A stretch of DNA of 55,801 bases from Bacteroidota bacterium (lineage in GTDB: Bacteria > Bacteroidota > Bacteroidia > Chitinophagales > Chitinophagaceae): positions 1 to 55,801 of the forward strand of contig JANPEU010000459.1 of assembly GCA_031423175.1 (NCBI GenBank), read 5' to 3'. A program made the position numbers and the translations under genes. The notes under the pieces were generated by a model. The model was not told the DNA's origin. It worked only from the letters and a program-made list of their open reading frames with translations, and ran no database searches. Shown here piece by piece: positions 18,316-25,954 of this stretch. Numbering within the stretch: the stretch's first letter is position 1; each line of letters begins with the position of its first letter.

Positions 18316-19433
18316 TTATGGATTTTAATTTAGAAACATTGGTTCGGGAAAATATTAAAACCATGACTGCTTACTCATCTGCAAGACATGAGTTCAGTGG
18401 CAATGCTTCTATATTTCTAGACGCAAATGAAAATTCTTTTGGGTCACCGCAGTTACTCCCTTCTCTTTCAGGAGAAGGGCCTGGGTCTGACGATAAATGT
18501 CAGACTCCGACCAAAGCGTCGGAGATGAGGCTCAATCGCTATCCCGATCCATTACAAACAGAGGTGAAAGAAAAACTAACTCAAATCAAAGGGGTTCCTT
18601 CACAAAATATCTTTCTTGGCAACGGTAGTGATGAAGCAATTGATTTACTCTTTCGTATTTTTTGTGAACCCGGTCGTGACAATGTAATCATCTTCCCTCC
18701 CACTTACGGCATGTATGAAGTATGCGCAGAAATGAACGCCATAAAAGTTAATAAAGTTAATCTAACTGAAACGTATCAATTAAATATTGAGGCAATTGAA
18801 GAAGCCATAAATTCATTTACCAAGTTGATTTTTATTTGTTCGCCCAATAATCCAACCGGAAATAGTATAAACAGAAATGATATTGAAATTATTCTAAACA
18901 ATTTTAAAGGTATTGTAGTGATTGACGAAGCCTATATTAATTATGCAAAACAAAAAACATTTATTTCCGAATTAGCTGAATACCCAAACCTTGTTGTGAT
19001 GCAAACGCTGAGTAAAGCATGGGGTCTGGCAGGATTAAGACTTGGAATGGCGTATGCCTCATCAAAAATTATTGAATTGATGAACAAAGTAAAATACCCA
19101 TACAATATTAATACGGCTACACAATTATTGGTTCTGGATGCTTTGAATAATATTGACTGGGTAAATGAACATATTACGATTACAGTTACTGAAAGGGAAA
19201 AACTAAAAAATGAATTATTGAATCTTGCATTTACTGAATTTATTTACCCATCGGATGCAAACTTTTTATTGGTTAAAATGAAAGATGCACGGAAAATTTA
19301 TGAATCGCTGACTTCAAAAGGGATTATTGTCAGGGATAGAAGCAAAATAGTTTTATGTACTGATTGTTTACGAATTACAATCGGCACTGAAACTGAAAAC
19401 AAGATATTAATTGAAGCATTAAAAAGTATTTAA
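18312..19433 (+). CDS. hisC: Histidinol-phosphate aminotransferase (with about 25-aa in-frame insertion)
   Basis: LDANEN...NRYPDP, NPTGN and TLSKAWGLAGLRLG (PLP lysine) motifs. ATGA overlap with the hisD stop. Confidence 0.9.
   Translation: MIMDFNLETLVRENIKTMTAYSSARHEFSGNASIFLDANENSFGSPQLLPSLSGEGPGSDDKCQTPTKASEMRLNRYPDPLQTEVKEKLTQIKGVPSQNIFLGNGSDEAIDLLFRIFCEPGRDNVIIFPPTYGMYEVCAEMNAIKVNKVNLTETYQLNIEAIEEAINSFTKLIFICSPNNPTGNSINRNDIEIILNNFKGIVVIDEAYINYAKQKTFISELAEYPNLVVMQTLSKAWGLAGLRLGMAYASSKIIELMNKVKYPYNINTATQLLVLDALNNIDWVNEHITITVTEREKLKNELLNLAFTEFIYPSDANFLLVKMKDARKIYESLTSKGIIVRDRSKIVLCTDCLRITIGTETENKILIEALKSI
18458..18524. repeat. Three adjacent REP-like hairpins inserted in frame in hisC
   Basis: 18458-18479 is cccttctc/tttcag/gagaaggg. 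18485-18505 is gtctgac/gataaat/gtcagac. 18505-18524 is ctccgac/caaagc/gtcggag. Together they encode ..PSLSGEGPGSDDKCQTPTKASE.. between the conserved NEN and NRYPDP blocks. Confidence 0.8.
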
Positions 19434-19442
19434 ATAAAAATC

Positions 19443-20585
19443 ATGGCTAAAAAAGTTTTATTTATTGACAGAGATGGAACACTTATCAAAGAAGCTCCGC
19501 CAACATACCAAATCGATTCTTTCGACAAGCTGGAATTTTACCCCGGTATGTTCACCTGGCTTTCCCGAATTACAAAAGAATTCGATTATGAACTTGTAAT
19601 GCCAACTAACCAGGATGGATTAGGTACCGCTTCTTATCCTGAAGAAACGTTCTGGCCTGTTCACAATTTTGTAATGAAAAATCTGGAAGCAGAAGGAATT
19701 GTTTTTAATGCTACGCTGATTGATAAAACTTTTGCACAAGAAAATGCATCGACACGTAAACCGGGTATTGGCATGTTTACAAAGTATATTGGCAATTCAG
19801 AATATGATTTAGCAAATTCTTTTATTATCGGCGATAGAATAACCGATGTACAACTTGCAAAAAATTTGGGTTGCAAAGCAATATGGATAAACAATGATGC
19901 AAATCTTGGCGGTACAGAAATCAGCGATACATTGAAAACACTTGAATCAACAATTATTTTAGAGACAACTGACTGGAAAAAGATTTATGAATTTCTAAAA
20001 CTAGGCAACCGATATATTAAGCATGAAAGAAACACAAATGAAACAAAAATCAGTATAGAATTGAACCTTGACGGTACTGGTAAAACTACAATGAATACAG
20101 GTTTAAACTTCTTTAATCATATGTTGGATCAGTTAGGGAGACATAGTGGTGCAGATTTAAAAATTACAGTGAATGGCGATTTACATATTGATGAACATCA
20201 TACAATAGAAGACACTGCTATAGCGCTGGGGGAAGCATTTGCAAAAGCATTGGGAAATAAAGCAGGTATCGAACGCTATGGCTTTACATTACCTATGGAT
20301 GATTGTCTTGCACAGGTAGCTATTGACTTTGGCGGCAGAAGTTGGCTGGTATGGAATGCAGAATTTAAAAGAGAAAAAATTGGCGATATGCCCACGGAAC
20401 TTTTTTATCATTTTTTCAAATCATTCAGTGACGCCGCAAAATGTAATTTAAATATAAAAGTAAAAGGTGATAACGAACATCATAAAATTGAATCAATTTT
20501 CAAAGCACTTGCAAAATGTATAAAAATGGCAGTGAAAAGAGATGTGGAAAATATGCAGTTGCCAACAACAAAAGGAACACTGTAA
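19443..20585 (+). CDS. hisB: Bifunctional histidinol-phosphatase / imidazoleglycerol-phosphate dehydratase
   Basis: HAD N-terminus FIDRDGTL plus IGPD motifs ([24 protein letters not shown]). Confidence 0.92.
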   Translation: MAKKVLFIDRDGTLIKEAPPTYQIDSFDKLEFYPGMFTWLSRITKEFDYELVMPTNQDGLGTASYPEETFWPVHNFVMKNLEAEGIVFNATLIDKTFAQENASTRKPGIGMFTKYIGNSEYDLANSFIIGDRITDVQLAKNLGCKAIWINNDANLGGTEISDTLKTLESTIILETTDWKKIYEFLKLGNRYIKHERNTNETKISIELNLDGTGKTTMNTGLNFFNHMLDQLGRHSGADLKITVNGDLHIDEHHTIEDTAIALGEAFAKALGNKAGIERYGFTLPMDDCLAQVAIDFGGRSWLVWNAEFKREKIGDMPTELFYHFFKSFSDAAKCNLNIKVKGDNEHHKIESIFKALAKCIKMAVKRDVENMQLPTTKGTL

Positions 20586-20627
20586 GGGTCGGGACGCTGA
20601 AAGCGGACTGAACTGTAAAAAGAAAAA

Positions 20628-21239
20628 ATGAAAATCGTAATTATAAAATATAATGCCGGAAATATTCAATCTGTTTTATATGCATTGGAAAGAATCGGTC
20701 ATACTGCTTCTGTAACAGACAATACTGATGAAATAAGAAATGCTGACAAAGTTATTTTTCCGGGAGTAGGTGAAGCAAGTTCCGCCATGAATTATTTAAA
20801 AGAAAGAAATTTAGATAAATTGATTTACTCGTTACCTCAACCTGTATTGGGCATTTGCCTGGGTATGCAACTGATGTGCAGGTACTCGGAAGAAAACGAC
20901 ACAACATGTTTGGGGATATTTGATGAAGATGTTTTACGATTCACTCCCCCTCTCCGTAAAGAAAGAGGCTTGGGGGGTGAGGTTAAGGTTCCGCAGATTG
21001 GATGGAACTCTATCTATAAATTCAAAACAGTGTTATTTAAAAATGTGAAAGAGGAAAGCTATTGTTATTTTGTACATAGCTATTATGCTGCCCTGGGTGA
21101 GCATACGATTGCAACCACAAATTATATTCAACCCTTTAGTAGTGCATTACATAAAAATAATTTTTACGGAGTGCAGTTTCATCCGGAGAAAAGTGCAGAA
21201 GTAGGCGAACAGATTATTAAAAATTTTATTGAACTCTGA
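20628..21239 (+). CDS. hisH: Imidazole glycerol phosphate synthase, glutaminase subunit (with about 13-aa in-frame insertion)
   Basis: GICLGMQL (catalytic Cys), VPQIGWN and FHPEKS motifs. Confidence 0.9.
   Translation: MKIVIIKYNAGNIQSVLYALERIGHTASVTDNTDEIRNADKVIFPGVGEASSAMNYLKERNLDKLIYSLPQPVLGICLGMQLMCRYSEENDTTCLGIFDEDVLRFTPPLRKERGLGGEVKVPQIGWNSIYKFKTVLFKNVKEESYCYFVHSYYAALGEHTIATTNYIQPFSSALHKNNFYGVQFHPEKSAEVGEQIIKNFIEL
20941..20980. repeat. Imperfect GC-rich hairpin element inserted in frame in hisH
   Basis: The outer stem pairs tcactccc (20941-48) with gggggtga (20973-80). The inner stem pairs cctct (20949-53) with agagg (20964-68). The element encodes TPPLRKERGLGGEV just before the conserved KVPQIGWN. 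Confidence 0.65.
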
Positions 21240-21240
21240 T

Positions 21241-21963
21241 ATGGAAATAATACCGGCAATAGATTTGATAGATGGAAAATGTGTCAGACTTACACAAGGC
21301 GATTATGAACAAAAAATAATATATAATGAATATCCACTGGAGGTTGCGAAACAATTTGAAGATGCAGGCTTAAAAAGATTGCATCTTGTAGATTTGGATG
21401 GAGCAAAGGAAGGTGTTGTAAAAAACTGGACGGTATTAGAAACAATTGCAGGCAAAACAAATCTTACAATCGATTTTGGCGGTGGAATAAAAACAGAGAA
21501 AGATGTTAAGATTGTTTTTGATTCAGGCGCAGCATTGGCAACAGTGGGAAGTATAGCTGTTAAAAATGAAAATGAATTTGTAAACTGGTTAAATCAATTT
21601 GGTGCAGATAAATTTTTATTAGGTGCTGATGTGAAAGATGAAAAAATAGCGATCCATGGCTGGAAGGAAACAACTGACATTTGGATTTATAATTTCATTG
21701 AAAAATATTTACAACTGGGTATTCAGCAAATTTTTTGTACAGACATAAGCAAAGATGGAAAACTGGAAGGACCTTCTGTTGATTTGTATAAAAACATATT
21801 ACAAAAGTTCCCCGCCATAGATTTCATTGCAAGCGGCGGAGCAAGTTCAATAAAAGATTTGGAAGATTTAAGCACTATCGGTTGCAAAGGAGTGATTATA
21901 GGCAAGGCGATTTATGAAAACAGAATTTCATTAAACGATTTAAAAAAGTTCAGCACTCAATAA
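21241..21963 (+). CDS. hisA: 1-(5-phosphoribosyl)-5-[(5-phosphoribosylamino)methylideneamino]imidazole-4-carboxamide isomerase
   Basis: The N-terminus MEIIPAIDLIDGKCVRL is typical of HisA. ATG 21241 lies 1 nt after the hisH stop; the ORF-track start at 21229 is a TTG inside hisH. Confidence 0.9.
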   Translation: MEIIPAIDLIDGKCVRLTQGDYEQKIIYNEYPLEVAKQFEDAGLKRLHLVDLDGAKEGVVKNWTVLETIAGKTNLTIDFGGGIKTEKDVKIVFDSGAALATVGSIAVKNENEFVNWLNQFGADKFLLGADVKDEKIAIHGWKETTDIWIYNFIEKYLQLGIQQIFCTDISKDGKLEGPSVDLYKNILQKFPAIDFIASGGASSIKDLEDLSTIGCKGVIIGKAIYENRISLNDLKKFSTQ

Positions 21964-21994
21964 TTAAGAACCAATATACAAAGTTCAATTTTCA

Positions 21995-22810
21995 ATGAAT
22001 TTAAATTTTAAATACAGCGATGCTACAGAACCCAATTTCGGGAGGCAGGGGGGCTTGACAAAACGTATCATACCGTGTTTGGATATTAAAAATGGACGAA
22101 CTGTAAAAGGGACAAACTTTGTTAACCTTCGTGATGCAGGCGATCCGGTAGAACTCGGTGCATTTTATGCGCAGCAAGGAGCAGATGAGCTTGTTTTTCT
22201 TGATATAACAGCGACAATTGAAAAAAGAAAAACATTGAGCGAACTTGCAAATAGAATTTCGCATCATATTAATATCCCTTTCACAGTTGGAGGTGGTATC
22301 AGTTGTGTGGAAGATGTAACTCTTTTATTACAAAATGGGGCAGATAAAATTTCAGTAAACACATCAGCATTTAAAAGACCGGAACTTATCAAAGAACTTT
22401 CAAAAGAATTCGGCAGCCAGTGTATCGTACTCGCAATTGATACAAAGAAAGAAGAAGATGGCGATTGGTATGTATATCTCAATGGTGGCAGAACAAAAAC
22501 AGAAAGTAAATGTTTCAATTGGGCAAAGCAGGCAGTGGATCTTGGAGCGGGGGAAATATTACTGACTTCTATGAATAATGATGGTACTAAAAATGGGTTT
22601 GCAATTGATATTACAAAATTGCTTTCTGAAAATTTATCAATACCGGTTATTGCATCCGGTGGTGCAGGTACTATGGAACATTTTTCAGAAGTATTTAATG
22701 AAGCATCAGCAGATGCTGCACTCGCTGCAAGTATTTTTCATTTTAAAGAAGTTGCAATACCTGATTTAAAAAACTATTTAAAAAAGAATGGCAATAATAT
22801 CAGACTTTAA
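21995..22810 (+). CDS. hisF: Imidazole glycerol phosphate synthase, cyclase subunit
   Basis: [17 protein letters not shown] and the [15 protein letters not shown] motif. The true start may be TTG 22055 ([10 protein letters not shown]), because the 20-aa N-terminal extension covers a G-tract element. Confidence 0.88.
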   Translation: MNLNFKYSDATEPNFGRQGGLTKRIIPCLDIKNGRTVKGTNFVNLRDAGDPVELGAFYAQQGADELVFLDITATIEKRKTLSELANRISHHINIPFTVGGGISCVEDVTLLLQNGADKISVNTSAFKRPELIKELSKEFGSQCIVLAIDTKKEEDGDWYVYLNGGRTKTESKCFNWAKQAVDLGAGEILLTSMNNDGTKNGFAIDITKLLSENLSIPVIASGGAGTMEHFSEVFNEASADAALAASIFHFKEVAIPDLKNYLKKNGNNIRL

Positions 22811-22889
22811 AGCCCCGTTAGGGGTTTGGGGCGCAATACCTGATTTAAAATATTATTTAAAAGAGAAAAACATTTCGATAAGGTTATGA
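22754..22889. repeat. Diverged direct duplication of the hisF 3' end (57 nt x2) around a 22-nt G-tract hairpin
   Basis: Copy A is 22754-22810 ([18 protein letters not shown]). Copy B is 22833-22889 (AIPDLKYYLKEKNISIRL*). The first 18 nt, gcaatacctgatttaaaa, are identical, and the copies are offset by 79 nt. Confidence 0.8.
22813..22832. repeat. CCCC-kTTA-GGGG-wT-GGGGC element (copy 1)
   Basis: The sequence is ccccgttaggggtttggggc, lying between the two hisF 3' copies. Confidence 0.7.
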
Positions 22890-23062
22890 TTTATATAATT
22901 CTCTTAATAGTATTTTCATTTTATATGTTCTGGAGGTATCACCAGCAAAGAAAAATGAAGAATGCTGAACATAGCCGTGAGAAAAGAGAATCATTCATGA
23001 ATTTGATTTCAACCCTTCAAAAGAATGAGCAATCTGAACAAAAGAATAAAAATAATATTTAA
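22886..23062 (+). CDS. Small single-TM protein (58 aa) between hisF and hisIE
   Basis: Hand-translated as MIYIILLIVFSFYMFWRYHQQRKMKNAEHSREKRESFMNLISTLQKNEQSEQKNKNNI. Its ATG overlaps the TGA of hisF 3' copy B (ttATGa). Confidence 0.4.
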   Translation: MIYIILLIVFSFYMFWRYHQQRKMKNAEHSREKRESFMNLISTLQKNEQSEQKNKNNI

Positions 23063-23100
23063 AAAATAAATTAAAATATCTAAAATGAAAGTTTCTAACA

Positions 23101-23120
23101 CCCCTTTAGGGGATGGGGGC
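23101..23120. repeat. CCCC-kTTA-GGGG-wT-GGGGC element (copy 2)
   Basis: The sequence is cccctttaggggatgggggc, immediately before the hisIE ATG at 23121. Confidence 0.7.
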
Positions 23121-23711
23121 ATGAATCCTGATTTTCTAAAATACACAGATGGCCTTATACCCGCAATAGTGCAAGATGCCGCAACGAATAAAGTTTTAAT
23201 GCTTGGGTTTATGAACCAAGAAGCATTAGCAAAAACCAAATCAGAAAATAAGGTAACATTTTACAGCCGTAGTAAACAACGGCTGTGGACAAAAGGCGAA
23301 ACGAGTAATAATTTTTTGAAGGTAAAAGAAATACGATTGGATTGTGATAAAGATACATTACTGATAAAAGCCATTCCCACCGGACCGGTTTGTCATACTG
23401 GCGCAGACACATGCTTTAACGAAAACAATTCCTTTTTCACTTTAGAAAACCTGGAGGAAGTTATCAGCAACCGTAAAAGCAATCCAACAGATGGCTCATA
23501 CACTTCATCACTGTTTGCGAAAGGAATAAATAAAATTGCCCAGAAAGTAGGTGAAGAGGCTGTAGAATTGGTTATTGAAAGCAAAGACGATGATAAAGAA
23601 AAATTTTTAGGCGAAGCTGCAGATTTATTATTTCATTATATGATTTTATTGCAGGCTAAAAATTATAAACTCAAAGATGTGATTCAAGTATTAAATGAGC
23701 GGCATAAATAA
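23121..23711 (+). CDS. hisIE: Bifunctional phosphoribosyl-AMP cyclohydrolase / phosphoribosyl-ATP pyrophosphatase
   Basis: GLIPAIVQD, C-x-TG..SCF-like block (GPVCHTGADTCF) and a HisE C-terminus (EEAVELVIE..EAADLLFH). I start at ATG 23121; the ORF-track start at 23085 runs through the G-tract element. Confidence 0.88.
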   Translation: MNPDFLKYTDGLIPAIVQDAATNKVLMLGFMNQEALAKTKSENKVTFYSRSKQRLWTKGETSNNFLKVKEIRLDCDKDTLLIKAIPTGPVCHTGADTCFNENNSFFTLENLEEVISNRKSNPTDGSYTSSLFAKGINKIAQKVGEEAVELVIESKDDDKEKFLGEAADLLFHYMILLQAKNYKLKDVIQVLNERHK

Positions 23712-23723
23712 AAGAAAGATAAT

Positions 23724-24926
23724 TTAAGTGGATTCGGCATAATCTTGCAAATATTCAAATTGCTTTGTAAGCTTACCATTTTTAACAATAGTAGCCCGTT
23801 CAATTATCTCAGAGCCTCCTTTGATAATATCTTCAAGTACAAACTTAATTAATTGTTCTCCAAAATATCGGCTTGAATCTCTTGGCAATTCATTGGGCAA
23901 ATTACCAACAGCCATGATGTCAATGGAGCCGGGCAAATAAGGTTCAGTTTTTTCAAAATTTTTTCTATCAACTCCATAGATGGGTTCTTCCAGATTTTGG
24001 TCGCCTAAATTGATCGGAACAGAACCATCTTTATCATCTGTAATATCCGCAATCGTTTTTATAATAAATGTTTCTTTAGTTATATCTTCTTTTTCAAAAA
24101 GTTTTGGCACATTTTTATCCCAAAATATGCCATTCAATAAAATATCTGTCTCTTCTGCGTAGGGTAAAAATTTACATTTATAATTTTCAGGGCTTTTATG
24201 AAAATCATCACGGCTGTATTTACCCGAAATTTTATTTTCATACAAATCAGCACCTTTTAACTGCGTATATACCGGATAAGAAAACCTTCTTTGCAAATAC
24301 TCATCAGGCTCCACTTCATGAATTCCCATAAGATTCATAATTTCTAAAATGCCATGAGCAACACGGCCAGAACCAGTAACTGCGATTTTTACATTGGGTA
24401 ACTTCAATCCGAAATACACATGAATCAACTCACGAAAACTTCTTTGTTTAAATACTCTTTCCAGTTTAAATAAACCCGTACGGTTGCCATAAGCCATCAT
24501 TCCATTATGAGCACCTACCACGCCGGCAAAAAATCCAAATCCAATAATACGTTGTCCATCTTCATGTTCCAGGCATTCATAATCTATAAGCGTAATATCA
24601 TTCCTTAAAATAGTATTCAGCATCCTGCTGTTTTGCGGTTGCATTTTTCTGGTATGTGAAAAGAATATGTATGTTTTACCCGGTATCAGCATTTCAACCG
24701 GCACTTCTTTTATTCCAAATAAAATATCGCAGTTAGATAAGTCTTCGGAAATTTCAACTCCGGCTGATAAATATTCTTTATCACTAAAACACCGGATAGC
24801 CGATGGTTGGGCAAATATCTTTATTTCATGACTGTTTTTTAAAATCCATTTACATTGTGCTGGAATCAATGCTACCCGGTTATCTGCAGGCTTCTTACCT
24901 TCTCTTATAAGTCCAATTTTAATCAT
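23724..24926 (-). CDS. Saccharopine/alanine dehydrogenase-like NAD(P)-dependent oxidoreductase (AlaDH/PNT N-domain type)
   Basis: MIKIGLIREGKKPADNRVALIP N-terminus and the Rossmann motif VTGSGRVAHG. Confidence 0.65.
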   Translation of the reverse strand: MIKIGLIREGKKPADNRVALIPAQCKWILKNSHEIKIFAQPSAIRCFSDKEYLSAGVEISEDLSNCDILFGIKEVPVEMLIPGKTYIFFSHTRKMQPQNSRMLNTILRNDITLIDYECLEHEDGQRIIGFGFFAGVVGAHNGMMAYGNRTGLFKLERVFKQRSFRELIHVYFGLKLPNVKIAVTGSGRVAHGILEIMNLMGIHEVEPDEYLQRRFSYPVYTQLKGADLYENKISGKYSRDDFHKSPENYKCKFLPYAEETDILLNGIFWDKNVPKLFEKEDITKETFIIKTIADITDDKDGSVPINLGDQNLEEPIYGVDRKNFEKTEPYLPGSIDIMAVGNLPNELPRDSSRYFGEQLIKFVLEDIIKGGSEIIERATIVKNGKLTKQFEYLQDYAEST

Positions 24927-25102
24927 GTCAATTTTTATTTTCTGTAAACGAAGACAAAGATGCGGTTTTAAAAATTTATTCCAAAAATGACATTAATCAT
25001 ATTTAATTGGGGTATGATATTTGTAATTTCATGGGTTGTAAAAAAAACCCAAAAATAAGTTACAAAGAGGGTCTCAGGTTTTACTTATAAAAAATACCGG
25101 GT

Positions 25103-25912
25103 ATGAGGTACAAATTATTTCTTCTGAAATCAATTCTGTTATTATTTGCAGGATATATTATAACCTCTTGCAGTAACAAAGAAAATTTACCCGGTTTAAA
25201 TGCATTTAAACTTAGCTATGGTGATTCAATACTCTATTTACAGAACACAGCAGGTGATTATATTGTTTATCCAAAAGAAACAAGAGAAGGCATCTACTCG
25301 GGCTTTCCAGAAGGCATCGAAATAAATGAACTTACCGGCGCAATCAATGTAAGTAAAAGTGAAACGGGACTCCGTTACCGAATTATTCATGTTTCTTCCA
25401 AAGGTGATACTACATCTACCATTATTGTATTGTCCGGCATTAATTTTAAAGATCATTATTATCATCTTTCAACAGGTGATTCAATTGCCAATCCAATTTA
25501 CAATGCTCTTGCAACAAGAACAGTCCCTTTAAACGGATCCAATTTTGATGAAGGTAATGGTGCAAACTCAGGGGGTTGTAGTGTTAAAACAAATAACGGC
25601 ACTATTAATCTTGCAGAAACAGTACGCAACGGTGTATTTGGCAATATACCTCAAAATGATGTACGCCGGGATTTTGATATTCAATACCGGTTGAACGACG
25701 CAAGTGGCAAATCATTAAATAAACTCAGAGTTCGTTTGTATTGGTATAATACAATGGCCGATGTACCTCCCGATTTATTACAAATATTAAACGACAGAGA
25801 AGCTCAAGGTGTTTTTTTAAGAACAATCCAGACGAATAGTACCCTGATGCAAGCAAGAACAACCGCAATTGCAAAACCAAGGCCCCCTTGTGTAATTATT
25901 ATTGCTCAATAA
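25103..25912 (+). CDS. Hypothetical lipoprotein
   Basis: Signal peptide with lipobox (..YIITSC). I recognise no domain. The gene ends 25-43 nt upstream of the CHAT gene's candidate starts. Confidence 0.6.
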   Translation: MRYKLFLLKSILLLFAGYIITSCSNKENLPGLNAFKLSYGDSILYLQNTAGDYIVYPKETREGIYSGFPEGIEINELTGAINVSKSETGLRYRIIHVSSKGDTTSTIIVLSGINFKDHYYHLSTGDSIANPIYNALATRTVPLNGSNFDEGNGANSGGCSVKTNNGTINLAETVRNGVFGNIPQNDVRRDFDIQYRLNDASGKSLNKLRVRLYWYNTMADVPPDLLQILNDREAQGVFLRTIQTNSTLMQARTTAIAKPRPPCVIIIAQ

Positions 25913-25954
25913 AATCACTCCGTTTATATTTGACAGGTGATACAAATACCTGTT

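Noticed and set aside
20586-20615. Possible terminator or REP hairpin after hisB (gggtcgggacgctgaaagcggactg)
   Set aside because: Only a 3-bp cgc/gcg stem can form. There is no T-run, and hisH follows in the same operon.
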